Shown here one piece after another: positions 1 through 10,202 of a DNA stretch of 64,000 nt. The notes beneath the pieces are model-generated. The model was not told where the DNA came from. It ran no database searches and saw nothing but the letters and a program-made list of their open reading frames with translations. Source of the stretch: a plasmid; sequence record NZ_CP096162.1; one strand, given 5' to 3'. Within the stretch, counting starts at the first letter, position 1, and each line of letters starts with the position of its first letter. The position numbers were made by a program, and so were the translations under genes.

Positions 1-382
1 TGACCTGTGAAGCAAAGGATGAAGTGACACTCGTTCGGGTGTTGCCTCCAAGGGTCGTGAGCCCTTTTAGTAAATGATAGGCCGGATGATGTGGTCCAAG
101 GTCTTCATCGACCCAGTTCCGGAACGATTCCTCGTCAGGAGCAACATATTCATTGAAAGCATTTAAGACGTCCTGCATACTGGCGTTCGGGATCTCGGTC
201 TTGCAATAGACGATGAGTCCCGCAAGCATCTTCTGTGCACGTTCCATGAAGAAATCTTCTTTTCCGTCTTTCGTCGAGTTCTTGGCAATCGTGACGGAGA
301 CGCTTTGTGCATCCTGATCATCAAATACATAATCGAGCAAGTTGTAGTTGTCCTGATTGAAGTTGATAAAGTCGATCTGGTA
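1..382 (-). pseudogene. Truncated ORF fragment open through the window start (translation ...FMERAQKMLAGLIVYCKTEIP...FRNWVDEDLGPHHPAYHLLKGL...); its 5' end is cut by the IS1216 end at 383. Function unknown; could be part of a conjugation or ATPase gene.
   Basis: Reverse-strand frame stays open for 127 codons from 382 to position 1 with no start. It abuts the IS6 terminal inverted repeat at 383-400. Confidence 0.3.
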
Positions 383-1190
383 GGTTCTGTTGCGAAGTTT
401 GAAAATCAAACGCGCCCTCTCTGAACTCCAAATATCTTAGGCTGTTATTCCCATTAATACCTTGATTTCAGTAGACACCGAAAAGCCGAAGAGCGTTCCA
501 TTTCTTCGGTTCTTTTTATATATTCCTCGAATGGTCTCCATGCCCTTAATCGTGGAAGAGGCTGTACGGAGACTTTGATAAAATTTATTTCGTCGTTTAA
601 TAGGTCGATGGTCTTGTTCTATTAAATTGTTAAGATACTTCACAGTTCGGTGCTCTGTCTTAGTATATAAACCCACACTCTGTAACTTTCTAAAGGCGGA
701 GCCAAGAGAAGGTGCTTTATCGGTCACAATTGCTTTCGGCTCACCAAACTGTTTATGGAGTCGTTTTAAGAAAGCATAGGCTGCTTGCGTATCCCGTTTC
801 TTTCGTAACCAGATATCTAAGGTTAAGCCGTCCGCATCAATTGCACGATAAAGATAATGCCAACGTCCCTTAATTTTGATATAGGTTTCGTCCATTTTCC
901 ATGAATAGAAGGATTGTCTATTTTTCTTCTTCCAAAGATAATAGAGGACTTTGCTGTACTCTTGCACCCAACGATAAATCGTAGTATGACAAACATTTAT
1001 TCCACGATCATATAACAATTCCTGAACTTCACGATAGCTTAGATTGTAACGCAGGTAGTAACCAACAGCGACAATAATGACGTCTTTTTTGAATTGTTTG
1101 CCTTTAAAATGATTCATTACTCTGTCCTCTCTGTCTTTTTTCTCAATTTTACACTAAAATAGATTTTTTGGAAAACTTTGCAACAGAACC
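383..1190 (-). mobile_element. IS1216-type insertion sequence (IS6/IS26 family), about 808 bp, with terminal inverted repeats GGTTCTGTTGC[GA]AAGTTT
   Basis: Inverted repeat copies at 383-400 and 1173-1190 (reverse complement). The single transposase ORF fills the element. Confidence 0.88.
437..1117 (-). CDS. tnp: IS6-family DDE transposase (IS1216E-like; MNHFKGKQF...VLMGITA)
   Basis: 226-aa ORF. N- and C-terminal signatures match IS1216/IS257/IS26-family transposases. Flanked by the IS6 inverted repeats. Confidence 0.92.
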   Translation of the reverse strand: MNHFKGKQFKKDVIIVAVGYYLRYNLSYREVQELLYDRGINVCHTTIYRWVQEYSKVLYYLWKKKNRQSFYSWKMDETYIKIKGRWHYLYRAIDADGLTLDIWLRKKRDTQAAYAFLKRLHKQFGEPKAIVTDKAPSLGSAFRKLQSVGLYTKTEHRTVKYLNNLIEQDHRPIKRRNKFYQSLRTASSTIKGMETIRGIYKKNRRNGTLFGFSVSTEIKVLMGITA

Positions 1191-1626
1191 AATCAACCGC
1201 ATAAAATATATTTTCCACGATTCGATCTATACTAGTTGCCATGTAATCTATTCTATCAGTTTTAGGGATTACTTTATTTTCTGTACTTGAAATTATCTCA
1301 TTTACGTGTGCTATATCTATTGCAAGACTGCTTAATTGAGAACTCAATGAACTGGGTTTAGTGGCAGGTGCTGTCACAAATAGAGTATTGGTTTTTATCC
1401 CTTTTAACTTATCTATGACTAATTCCGGATTGAGTCTATTACCTTTTCTAGTTAAAATAGTTTCTAATCTATGCCAGTTTGCATAATGCTTTGCTGAAAT
1501 GGTCTTCCCGACACCTGGATTGCCATAACATATGCCAATATATTTATATTTCATGCATGCTCTACAAAATTCGGCAAATTTCTTGTATTCTTTAGTTTCA
1601 ATAAAGTTGAGTTCATTCATTTTCAT
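1117..1626 (-). pseudogene. Tn552-type transposition ATPase (p271/IstB-like, Walker A GNPGVGKT). C-terminally truncated by the IS1216 insertion; the ORF reads into IS sequence.
   Basis: 169 aa versus about 270 aa expected. The P-loop motif is present. Overlaps the upstream DDE transposase gene by 14 nt (operon). Native sequence ends at the IS inverted repeat at 1190. Confidence 0.55.
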
Positions 1627-3073
1627 ACCTCCTCAAACTTGATACATTATTTTTAACAGTACTACTATTCTCTTTTTGTCTCCCAACCAATTTTTCTATC
1701 ACTTTATTAGTGGAGACGATTAGTTCCCTTTTTAACTCTCTTTTCAGTTTGCTCCTTTCTTTTTCTATTTCTCTAATTCCGATAGCGTATTGTTCAAAAG
1801 ATGTAGACACTGCGGTACAAAGGAATACATTTTTATAAAAGACTCTAACATCACTAATATCTCTAGGATCATATCTAATCACCACAGGTTCACTAACAAA
1901 AGCTGAAAGAGTTGGGTGGACATACTTCATCCCAAATAAGTGAATACCGTCAGAGTGTACCACCCGTTCTTTCTTAACTTTTATTAAAAGAAGATCTAAA
2001 TCCTCCAAAGAGTTTGGCATATTCGGTAGAAAATCATAGTTATTCCACATAGCTATAGGTTTTTCTTTAGTTGTACTATGCTGTTTTTGATGGTATATTC
2101 TTAACAACCAATTTCTGAAAATATCGGAAAACTCCTCCAATGTTAGCATTGACTTTGCTTTCCGATTCTTAATATAACCTGGAAGATCTTGTAGTAACAT
2201 AGAATTTACAGTATGAAAAAACCGTTCGATTTTCCCTCTACCTCTAGGCACCCCAACCTTAGAAAACTTTAATTCTATTTTCAAATCAGCAGAGACCTGT
2301 TCAAGATGTTGAGAAGTAAAATCGCTACCGTGATCTGTATAAAAAATTCTAGGGATACCACAAATAGGCCAGTCAGCCTGATCTTTTCTCCATATTGCTT
2401 GTCTTAGAGTTAGAGCTGTTCGTAGTGAGTTTGGTGATTCAAACGCAATAAAGTACCCAGTAATTGCTCGACTGTAGTCATCCATTATTATTGTTAGCCA
2501 AGGCCTTTCAGGATAACCTTTCGCATTCAATACCTCAATGTCTAATAATGTATGATCAGCTTGCCATATGATATTGGGAGCTGTAGTTTCCCTAATATGA
2601 ACTAATTCGTAATGATTCATATATATTTTAGATCCCTGATGCGCTAGTACTTTCAATTTATCGGGAACTAATTGAATAATTTTCCTTACCTGATAGTAAG
2701 AAGGCTCCTGAATATTATTTTCTTTACACCAAGACACAGTTCTCCTATAAATGGAAGTTATAGAAACATTTTTATTTTCTAAGTAAATGTGTTTAATGAT
2801 TTTACAAAGGTCTTCAGAAATTTTCATTGAATTTTTATCCGACCTTTCTTTTGTAATTAATCCCACCAATCCCGATTTTTTATAATTCGAAATCCACTTT
2901 CTAAGTGTACGTGTTGAAATATCATTTTCTTCACTTACTTTGGAAAGTGGAATTTCTTTTTTTAAGTATGGCTGAAGTACCCGAAATTTTTTTAATGCTT
3001 TTAATCTCTGCTCCTCTGAGTAATTAGCTAAAATTTTTTTATTACTCATTTCCTCACCTCCTGATATGAACAA
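1613..3073 (-). CDS. Tn552/Mu-type DDE transposase (rve integrase core; p480-like)
   Basis: 486 aa. N-terminal HTH. DDE core around WQADHT...DDYSR...TDHGSDF...E. Length and the partner ATPase are typical of Tn552-family transposons. Confidence 0.65.
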   Translation of the reverse strand: MFISGGEEMSNKKILANYSEEQRLKALKKFRVLQPYLKKEIPLSKVSEENDISTRTLRKWISNYKKSGLVGLITKERSDKNSMKISEDLCKIIKHIYLENKNVSITSIYRRTVSWCKENNIQEPSYYQVRKIIQLVPDKLKVLAHQGSKIYMNHYELVHIRETTAPNIIWQADHTLLDIEVLNAKGYPERPWLTIIMDDYSRAITGYFIAFESPNSLRTALTLRQAIWRKDQADWPICGIPRIFYTDHGSDFTSQHLEQVSADLKIELKFSKVGVPRGRGKIERFFHTVNSMLLQDLPGYIKNRKAKSMLTLEEFSDIFRNWLLRIYHQKQHSTTKEKPIAMWNNYDFLPNMPNSLEDLDLLLIKVKKERVVHSDGIHLFGMKYVHPTLSAFVSEPVVIRYDPRDISDVRVFYKNVFLCTAVSTSFEQYAIGIREIEKERSKLKRELKRELIVSTNKVIEKLVGRQKENSSTVKNNVSSLRRYENE

Positions 3074-3131
3074 ATTATTTCATATATCAGATTATATGTC
3101 TAATTAGGGTCTACCCTAATTAGACATATAA
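3063..3131. promoter_or_regulatory. Divergent promoter/res-like region: perfect 17-bp palindrome ATATGTCTAATTAGGGT/ACCCTAATTAGACATAT plus a second inverted repeat TGATATGAA...TTCATATATCA
   Basis: Read directly. Lies between the divergent transposase and resolvase genes, the usual place for a serine-resolvase res site and autoregulatory operator. Confidence 0.4.
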
Positions 3132-3207
3132 AACAGATTGAAAACAAACGATTTTTAGTGTATGTTTAGGGTGTGTGATAAACAGTCAGAAAATAGGAAG
3201 TGGGAAA

Positions 3208-3807
3208 ATGAAAATTGCTTATGCTCGTGTTTCAACTTTAGAACAAAATTTAACACGACAAATCGAAACACTCAAAAGTTTTGGTGCTGAAAAAATTTTT
3301 ACGGAACAAAAGTCAGGAGCTTCTATTAAAAATAGAAAAGCATTTCAAGAAGCTTTGCAATTTGTTCGAAGTGGTGACACTTTTATGGTAGAAGCGATTG
3401 ATCGATTGGGTCGTAATTATGATGAAATCATCCAAACCGTTTATTTTCTAAAAGAAAAAGAGGTCAAACTGGTTATTACGAGTCTGCCTATTATGGCTGA
3501 AGCAATAGGAAATCCATTATTGGATAAGTTTATTAAAGACTTGATTATCCAGATATTAGCCATGATTGCCGAGCAAGAACGAGCAGAGAGTAAGAGACGG
3601 CAGGCACAAGGCATTCACAGTGCCAAGCAAAAAGGAATTTACAAAGGAAGACCTATTCTATATTCGCCTACTTCAAAAGATCCACAGAAACGAGTTATCT
3701 ATCAGAGAGTCATTGACATGTTAAGTAAAGGAGAGTCTATTTCAAAAATAGCTGAAGAAAGTGGTATTACAAGACAAACCGTATATCGAATTAAAAATTC
3801 GAACTAA
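3208..3807 (+). CDS. Serine recombinase/resolvase (BinL/TnpR-like)
   Basis: [14 protein letters not shown]-terminus holds the catalytic Ser motif. C-terminal HTH. The ORF track opens at 3175; the canonical start is the internal Met with an RBS. Confidence 0.85.
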   Translation: MKIAYARVSTLEQNLTRQIETLKSFGAEKIFTEQKSGASIKNRKAFQEALQFVRSGDTFMVEAIDRLGRNYDEIIQTVYFLKEKEVKLVITSLPIMAEAIGNPLLDKFIKDLIIQILAMIAEQERAESKRRQAQGIHSAKQKGIYKGRPILYSPTSKDPQKRVIYQRVIDMLSKGESISKIAEESGITRQTVYRIKNSN

Positions 3808-3837
3808 TAAACTAAAAGGATCTCTTCAGCCAATAAA

Positions 3838-3880
3838 AAGTAGCCCTTTTGATCTAACAGCAAAAGGGCTACTTATATTA
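3838..3880. terminator. Stem-loop GTAGCCCTTTTG...CAAAAGGGCTAC followed by a T/A-rich run
   Basis: Perfect 12-bp inverted repeat immediately downstream of the resolvase stop. Confidence 0.5.
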
Positions 3881-4013
3881 TTATACGTTATTATATTTAG
3901 ATGAAAATTATCAATAAAAAGCGGTGAAATTTATTAATGGAAGTCACACGAAATTTAATAGGAAAAGAAGAGTGTTCAGAAAATGACCATTTTATGAACA
4001 TTCAAACATTCAC

Positions 4014-4065
4014 TTGAATATAGATGGATGTTCTGATATAATACATTCAAACAAACATTTGAATG
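4014..4065 (+). promoter_or_regulatory. cad promoter (TTGAAT-17-TATAAT) with a CadC operator-like inverted repeat ATTCAAACAAACATTTGAAT overlapping the start site
   Basis: -35 at 4014-4019 and -10 at 4037-4042, with 17-bp spacing. The inverted repeat lies at 4045-4064, immediately upstream of cadC. Confidence 0.6.
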
Positions 4066-4080
4066 TAAAGGAATGATCGT

Positions 4081-4440
4081 ATGAATAATGAAATTTGTGA
4101 AATAACTTGTATTCATGAAGACAAAGTTAATCGTGCTAAATCTAAACTAGCAAACTTTGATACTCCGTCAGTAAGTGGTTTCTTTAAAATATTGTCAGAT
4201 GAAAATCGACTTAAAATTGTACATGCTTTAGTTCATGAAGATGAGCTATGTGTTTGTGATATTGCTAATATCATTGATGCTTCGGTCGCAACAACTTCAC
4301 ACCATCTGAACTCCTTAAAAAAATTGGGAGTAGTTGATAGTCACAAGGATGGTAAGTTAGTCTACTATTTTATTAAAAATATCAAAATCTTAAATCTTAT
4401 GGAGCTTGGCGTAAATTTTAAAGAAGAGGTGCTAGCATGA
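4081..4440 (+). CDS. cadC: ArsR/SmtB-family metalloregulator CadC (cadmium/lead-responsive repressor)
   Basis: 119 aa with metal-binding Cys residues (CEITCIHE N-terminus; ELCVCDIA in the HTH region). Translationally coupled (ATGA overlap) to the P-type ATPase gene. Confidence 0.85.
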   Translation: MNNEICEITCIHEDKVNRAKSKLANFDTPSVSGFFKILSDENRLKIVHALVHEDELCVCDIANIIDASVATTSHHLNSLKKLGVVDSHKDGKLVYYFIKNIKILNLMELGVNFKEEVLA

Positions 4441-6554
4441 GTGAGAAAATGACCGAAAAAACCTATCGAATAGAAGGATTAAGCTGTACAAATTGTGCAG
4501 GTAAATTTGAAAAAAATGTAAAGCAGTTGCCAGGAGTTACGAGTGCAACAGTAAACTTTGGTGCAAGTAGGATTTCAGTAGAAGGCCAAACAACAATTGA
4601 AGAACTCGAAGAAGCGGGAGCCTTCGAAAATCTTATCATTCGTGATGATCAAGAAAATGATGAACAAGTTAGATCAAAAGAGTCTTTTATTAAACGGAAT
4701 ATCGCTTTAATCATCTCTCTTGGTTTTATACTTGTTGCTGTGATTTCCCAACTATCATTGGGCGAAGATCATTTATTAACGAAAGCTCTTTATATATTGG
4801 CAATAATAATTGGTGGATTTGATTTATTTAAAGAAGGGTTCTCTGATTTGATCAAATTGGACTTCTCCATGGAATCTTTAATGACTATTGCAATTATTGG
4901 GGCCGCATTTATTGGAGAATGGGCCGAAGGTTCTATTGTAGTAATACTATTTGCTATTAGCGAAGCTTTGGAACGATTTTCAATGGATAAAGCAAGACAG
5001 TCGATTCGTTCTCTTATGGATATAGCTCCCAAAGAAGCTCTTATCAGGAGAAACAATGTAGAGCAATTAGTCAGTGTCGATAAAATCGATATCGACGATA
5101 TTATGATCATTAAACCCGGACAAAAAATAGCCATGGATGGGCTTGTTATCAACGGTCATTCTTCAGTAAATCAAGCAGCAATAACAGGAGAATCGGTTCC
5201 TGTTGAAAAACAGTTAGATGATGAAGTGTTTGCAGGAACACTAAATGAAGAAGGTGTTCTTGAAGTCAAAGTAACAAAAAAAGTAACGGATACAACGATT
5301 GCCAAAATCATTCACTTAGTTGAAGAAGCGCAAGGAGAACGAGCTCCTGCACAAGCCTTTGTAGATAAATTTGCAAAATACTATACGCCATTCATAATTA
5401 TTATGGCCCTTTTGATAGTGGTTGTTCCTCCGCTATTCTTTGGTGGTGACTGGAATAAATGGCTTTACCAAGGGTTATCCATTTTAGTTGTCGGATGTCC
5501 TTGTTCATTAGTGATCTCAACACCTGTTTCAATTGTTTCGGCTATTGGTAATGCAGCAAAAAATGGTGTTTTAGTAAAAGGTGGAGTCTATCTGGAAGAA
5601 ATTGGTCATTTGAGAGCAATTGCTTTCGATAAGACTGGAACCTTAACAAAAGGAAAGCCTGTCGTAACGGATTTCATTGCAACCAGTTCTGAAACTGATA
5701 TAAATTATCTATCGATTATTTCATCGTTGGAATCTCTTTCTCAACACCCATTAGCTTCTGCTATTTTAAACGAAGCGGATAAAACTAATGTGGATTACAA
5801 GTCAATACAAATCGAGGATTTCCAATCTATCACAGGTAAAGGACTTACAGGTATACATCAAAACATACGTTACTATATTGGAAGCCCTAAACTGTTTTCT
5901 GCATCAGTAATCGAAGAAACAGCGGTCAAAGTACAATACAGACAATTTCAAGAACAAGGGAAAACCGCCATGTATTTCGGTACTGACGAACAAATTTTAG
6001 GAGTAATTGCTGTCGCGGATGAAGTAAGAGATTCAAGTGCTGCCGTTATTTCTGAACTCCACAAGTTGTCAATTGAACACACTATTATGCTTACTGGTGA
6101 TAATACTAAAACCGCTGAATCTATTGGTAAGCAATTAGGTGTGACTGAAATAAAAGGAGATCTAATGCCTCAAGAAAAATTAGATTCGATTAAAGCGTTG
6201 CGGACAACTTATAATAAAGTAGCAATGGTGGGCGACGGCATTAATGATGCACCAGCATTAGCTGCATCGACGGTTGGTATTGCAATGGGCGGTGCAGGAA
6301 CAGATACGGCTCTCGAAACTGCTGATGTTGCTCTAATGGGCGACGATTTACAAAAATTACCATTCATTGTTAGACTTAGCCGTCAAACTCTAAAAGTAAT
6401 TAAGCAAAATATCACCTTCTCATTAGGTATAAAACTATTAGCTCTACTACTAGTCATACCAGGTTGGCTAACACTATGGATTGCTATTGTAGCAGATATG
6501 GGAGCAACGCTTTTAGTAACATTAAACGGATTACGATTGATGAAAGTTAAATAA
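4437..6554 (+). CDS. cadA: Cd2+/Zn2+/Pb2+-translocating P1B-type ATPase CadA
   Basis: 705 aa. N-terminal GLSCTNCAG heavy-metal-binding motif, CPC transmembrane motif, DKTGTLT phosphorylation site, GDGINDAP hinge. Confidence 0.93.
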   Translation: MSEKMTEKTYRIEGLSCTNCAGKFEKNVKQLPGVTSATVNFGASRISVEGQTTIEELEEAGAFENLIIRDDQENDEQVRSKESFIKRNIALIISLGFILVAVISQLSLGEDHLLTKALYILAIIIGGFDLFKEGFSDLIKLDFSMESLMTIAIIGAAFIGEWAEGSIVVILFAISEALERFSMDKARQSIRSLMDIAPKEALIRRNNVEQLVSVDKIDIDDIMIIKPGQKIAMDGLVINGHSSVNQAAITGESVPVEKQLDDEVFAGTLNEEGVLEVKVTKKVTDTTIAKIIHLVEEAQGERAPAQAFVDKFAKYYTPFIIIMALLIVVVPPLFFGGDWNKWLYQGLSILVVGCPCSLVISTPVSIVSAIGNAAKNGVLVKGGVYLEEIGHLRAIAFDKTGTLTKGKPVVTDFIATSSETDINYLSIISSLESLSQHPLASAILNEADKTNVDYKSIQIEDFQSITGKGLTGIHQNIRYYIGSPKLFSASVIEETAVKVQYRQFQEQGKTAMYFGTDEQILGVIAVADEVRDSSAAVISELHKLSIEHTIMLTGDNTKTAESIGKQLGVTEIKGDLMPQEKLDSIKALRTTYNKVAMVGDGINDAPALAASTVGIAMGGAGTDTALETADVALMGDDLQKLPFIVRLSRQTLKVIKQNITFSLGIKLLALLLVIPGWLTLWIAIVADMGATLLVTLNGLRLMKVK

Positions 6555-6568
6555 CACAACAAATAAAA

Positions 6569-6600
6569 GAAGGCATGTTTATAAGCGTGCCTTCTTTTTA
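6569..6600 (+). terminator. Rho-independent terminator GAAGGCATG...CGTGCCTTC + TTTTTAT after cadA
   Basis: Hairpin plus a T-run directly after the cadA stop. Confidence 0.5.
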
Positions 6601-6685
6601 TGATACTTTTTAGTTTTTTTGAACGCTAGTTATGAAGCAAACTATGCGCCATTTAAATATTAAAATGACAGTCTAACCTTATTAA

Positions 6686-6714
6686 GTAGGTGTTCCCATT
6701 AATACTTTGATTTC
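6686..6714 (-). mobile_element. About 30-bp remnant of an IS6-family transposase 3' end (encodes ...EIKVLMG..)
   Basis: Near-identical to the 3' end of the IS1216 tnp gene at 437-470. Isolated; no remainder of the element. Confidence 0.35.
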
Positions 6715-6786
6715 CTTAGATAATAGAAAGCTCCAGAGAAATAAAATAAGATCTTCAAATTATAAATTTCATCTCTTTAAAAATTA

Positions 6787-7206
6787 TTATTTTGAATTTT
6801 TAAAGAGAGCTTTTATGAGCACCACCATTATAAAAGCTAAAAACAAAGCTACTACACCAACGACAACAAAAGAAGTATAATCAGCATAGCTATCATCACT
6901 AAACATTTGAAGAGTAAAAACGATAAATGCTGCAATAAAGCTAATTAAAAATTGAAGCCATATCTGGTGGATATATTTTTGGAGGAGAAAAATATATCCA
7001 TACATGCCTATTAAAAGTAAAGTAAAATCTATATTTTGAAGTATAGGATTTCCTTGGATGATATTTATAATTAGAGTGGTAAATGTGACTACTAAAACAA
7101 TAAATATCATCCTAAAAACAGGTTTATTTATATTTTTTTTAAACAAACTAATGTAATTTTTTAACATAATGATCATCCCTCTTTTTAAATAAAAAATATT
7201 ATCCAA
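6787..7206 (-). CDS. Small polytopic membrane protein, unknown function
   Basis: 139 aa with about 4 hydrophobic helices. AT-rich. Confidence 0.45.
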   Translation of the reverse strand: MDNIFYLKRGMIIMLKNYISLFKKNINKPVFRMIFIVLVVTFTTLIINIIQGNPILQNIDFTLLLIGMYGYIFLLQKYIHQIWLQFLISFIAAFIVFTLQMFSDDSYADYTSFVVVGVVALFLAFIMVVLIKALFKNSK

Positions 7207-7762
7207 AATCTATTTGGTCTAACATATTCTCTCGACTGGCTTGATCTAATCCAAGATACGTTAAGGTCATAGCTTCACTTGAATGGTTTAATAAATGCAT
7301 CACTAAACCAATATTATAGTTTGACTGCGTATAGACCCGATAAGCGCCTGTTTTACGCATGGTATGCGTTCCTAGATAGTTAATTCCTAAAAGATCACCA
7401 ACTCGTGCCATAATCTTATAAAACTGTTTCTCGGTAATAGGACGATCAGGACGAGAAGTTGAAGGAAATAACCACTCTGAATTCATATTTTGTTGGATGA
7501 GCCATGCATGATAAAGCATTAAATCTTGTTGGACAGGTTTCAAATATAACGTATTTTTCTTACCTGTTTTTTGATCATGAATAAATGCAGTTTGTTTGAC
7601 TGTTCCATCAAGATTAAAGACATCTGTTTTTTTTAATTTCATGACGTCACTCACACGTAGCAAGGTCGCTTTCCCAACTTGGAAAATTGGGTTCTGTTGC
7701 AAAGTTTTATTTAACTGATTATTTAGTGTAGAATGGAAGAAACTACACGAGGAGAATAACAA
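7199..7762 (-). pseudogene. Tyrosine recombinase/integrase C-terminal fragment (HTMRKTGAYRVY...; R-H-R-Y family). Its N-terminus is replaced by IS6 sequence.
   Basis: The C-terminal catalytic region is present. The ORF 5' end runs into the IS inverted repeat at 7689-7706, so the apparent start codon is IS-derived. Confidence 0.55.
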
Positions 7763-8496
7763 TGTCCCATTTTAAAGGTAAACGATTCAAACAGGATATC
7801 ATCATGGTAGCCGTGGGCTACTACTTAAGATACAATTTGAGCTATCGTGATGTTTCAGAAATCCTTAATGAGCGTGGAATCAAGGTTTGTCACACAACTG
7901 TTTATCGATGGGTACAAGAATATGGTTCGATTATTTATTGCCTATGGAAGAAAAGAAATAAGTCTGCTAGCGATTCTTGGAGAATGGATGAAACATATAT
8001 TAAAGTAAAAGGAAAATGGCATTATTTGTATCGTGCCATCGATTCTACAGGTTTGACATTAGATATTTGGTTTCGAAAGAATCGGGATAAACAGGCGGCC
8101 TATGCTTTCTTTAAACGATTAATCAAGCAATTTGGAGAACCTAGAGTTTTTGTAACGGACAAAGCTCCTTCGCTAAGCAGTGCGTTCAATCGACTTAAAT
8201 CTGAAGGTTTATTTTCTAACACTGAACATCGAACGAGTAAATATTTGAATAATATCATTGAACAAGATCATAGGCCTATCAAGAAAAGGCACAAATTATA
8301 TCAGTCCATAAGGACTGCCTCATCCACAATCAAAGGAATTGAAACTATACATGCTTTATACAAAACTAGCCAAAGAGACTTTTCTCTCTTTGGCTTTTCA
8401 GTGATTCATGAAATAAATAATCTAATGGGTGTTCCAGCTTAAAATTAGAAAATAGTTGAGATATCATTTTACTTCTTTGAACTTTGCAACAGAACC
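7689..8496 (+). mobile_element. Second IS6-family element (about 808 bp, IS1216/ISS1-like but divergent), inverted relative to the first copy
   Basis: Inverted repeat GGTTCTGTTGCAAAGTTT at 7689-7706 and its complement at 8480-8496. Confidence 0.85.
7762..8442 (+). CDS. tnp: IS6-family DDE transposase (MSHFKGKRF...NLMGVPA), roughly 70% identical to the 437-1117 copy by eye
   Basis: 226 aa, co-linear with the IS1216 transposase. Confidence 0.9.
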   Translation: MSHFKGKRFKQDIIMVAVGYYLRYNLSYRDVSEILNERGIKVCHTTVYRWVQEYGSIIYCLWKKRNKSASDSWRMDETYIKVKGKWHYLYRAIDSTGLTLDIWFRKNRDKQAAYAFFKRLIKQFGEPRVFVTDKAPSLSSAFNRLKSEGLFSNTEHRTSKYLNNIIEQDHRPIKKRHKLYQSIRTASSTIKGIETIHALYKTSQRDFSLFGFSVIHEINNLMGVPA

Positions 8497-8661
8497 ATAA
8501 AAGATAATTTATATCACTATTTTGGGATTCGTCTTGGTTTTGCTAGTGACGGCCGTGTTTAGTCAAGTATCTTAAACTTGGAGAAATTGACTTATGAATC
8601 CGGTTGCAATGTGATAGAGAAGGATGAACACAATAAAAAAGGATATAATAGGGAGGATAAA

Positions 8662-9567
8662 ATGAAAAAGAGAATGTATTGTTTAGTGATGCTTCTTGCG
8701 TTCGTGTTGTTGGTTAGTTTATCAAATCAACAAGTAGCAGCATCAGAAACGGGAAATGATGATAAAGAAATTCAAACATTGTATCAAAAAGCGATTAATG
8801 AAAAGAAAGTAGATCCTAATAAGTATACCTTTGAGGCCTTTCAAGAAAATTACAACTTGGGAAAAATGGATTATAATGCGATGAAAGATATTATCGGATC
8901 AGGACTAGATTATAATAATTGGTTTGGAGAGATTATGAATTATGGTGCTTTTCCGGACGGTGAAGGCCATTCTCCTTCAGAAGCTAAGTCAAATAACATG
9001 TTGCGTAGTCAAACATCAAATGGCAATAAATTAGAAAAGGCGATTAAAAAAGGTGATATATTGATTGTTAAAAGTAGCTCCTTTGGACATGCGGCAATTG
9101 CTACTAGTAACAAGTATATTTTAGAAATGAGTGGTGGAGGAAATCCTTCGAAATGGGCAACTACGGGGATTAAAAATAATAATCACCAATTGAATAAGCA
9201 TAAATGGATTTTTGGAGGTAAGGAACAGGATTATATAAAAAAACCGACTATCAATTATTGGATACAACTATGGCGTGTTCCTCAATCGAGTATTGCTAAT
9301 AAAGCCGCTAGCTATGCAGACAAGACCTATTGGAATAGTAACCATAAATACGAAAAGAATAAACATATTACCTATAATTTAAGATCGGGGACTCTAACAA
9401 GAAACCCCAATTATTGTTCAAAGATGGTATATCAAGCATATTACTATGGAACAGGTAATGCAAATGTTATTGAAACAGCAACAACTGGAATGACATTCGT
9501 TTCCCCAGCAGCTATTCCAAATACATTTACTGGAAAATATGCTCCTAAAAAGGTTGGAACATATTGA
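8662..9567 (+). CDS. Secreted permuted papain-fold amidase (YaeF/YiiX, C92-like; His precedes Cys). Probable cell-wall hydrolase or toxin.
   Basis: Signal peptide MKKRMYCLVMLLAFVLLVSLS..AASE. GDILIVK...FGHAAIA then ...NYCSKMVYQAYY matches permuted NlpC/P60-like order. Start chosen at the internal Met with a GGGAGG RBS rather than the track start at 8578. Confidence 0.45.
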   Translation: MKKRMYCLVMLLAFVLLVSLSNQQVAASETGNDDKEIQTLYQKAINEKKVDPNKYTFEAFQENYNLGKMDYNAMKDIIGSGLDYNNWFGEIMNYGAFPDGEGHSPSEAKSNNMLRSQTSNGNKLEKAIKKGDILIVKSSSFGHAAIATSNKYILEMSGGGNPSKWATTGIKNNNHQLNKHKWIFGGKEQDYIKKPTINYWIQLWRVPQSSIANKAASYADKTYWNSNHKYEKNKHITYNLRSGTLTRNPNYCSKMVYQAYYYGTGNANVIETATTGMTFVSPAAIPNTFTGKYAPKKVGTY

Positions 9568-9588
9568 AAAAAGAGGTGAAGATATCTT

Positions 9589-10041
9589 ATGAAAAAAATC
9601 ATTATTGGGGTGCTTGTCGTTATAGTACTAATTATAGCTGTAGTTGAAGGAAAGTACTATATCAATATGTACTACCAAAAGGGACAAGCTAAAAAACCTA
9701 TAGAAGCTTCTATCAAGGCTTCAAAAATTCCTAAAAAGGACATTTATGTGATAAAGGAAAATGAGTATGAATCTGAATCTATAGGTGATAGTGTTCAAAA
9801 GGAAATCACTACAAAGAAAGATTACGAAAATTGGAAGCAACTTGTGAGCAAGAGAAAAAAATACTTAGATGGAAGTTCATGGCATAAGAAGAAGGGGTGG
9901 GATAAAATAGATAAATGTGAAATATCTTATCTATTTGTCTATGATACTCATACTAAAAAAGTACGAAAGTATTATATCCTTGCAGGAAATTCAGTTGATG
10001 ACAAAAAGAATAAACAATATTTTAGTTATCGTTTAAATTAA
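9589..10041 (+). CDS. Small N-terminally membrane-anchored protein, unknown. Positioned like an immunity or partner gene of the upstream secreted hydrolase.
   Basis: 150 aa, single N-terminal transmembrane helix, RBS AGAGGTGAAG. Confidence 0.4.
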   Translation: MKKIIIGVLVVIVLIIAVVEGKYYINMYYQKGQAKKPIEASIKASKIPKKDIYVIKENEYESESIGDSVQKEITTKKDYENWKQLVSKRKKYLDGSSWHKKKGWDKIDKCEISYLFVYDTHTKKVRKYYILAGNSVDDKKNKQYFSYRLN

Positions 10042-10202
10042 TTAGTAAATAAATTTTTTATTATGTGTTCATTCGCAAGCTTCAGTTTTTGGCTGGAGCT
10101 TTTTTATTATTTAATAAAATTTAAACTTGCCAAACAGAACATTTGTTTGTATAATTTAGTACATAAATAGAACATTTGTTCTTGTTGGAGGAGGTCATTT
10201 CA

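Noticed and set aside
1117-3073. IS21-family istA/istB pair
   Set aside because: The transposase is 486 aa, of Mu/Tn552 rve type, with a divergent serine resolvase and palindromic res-like site next to it. That architecture is Tn552-like rather than IS21.
4790-5152. 120-aa antisense ORF inside cadA
   Set aside because: Lies entirely within, and antisense to, a strongly supported P-type ATPase gene. Low-complexity Ile/Ser-rich translation typical of antisense artefacts.
8578-8661. Upstream extension of the secreted-hydrolase ORF (track start at 8578)
   Set aside because: The internal Met at 8662 is preceded by a GGGAGG RBS and begins a typical signal peptide. The extension has no RBS.
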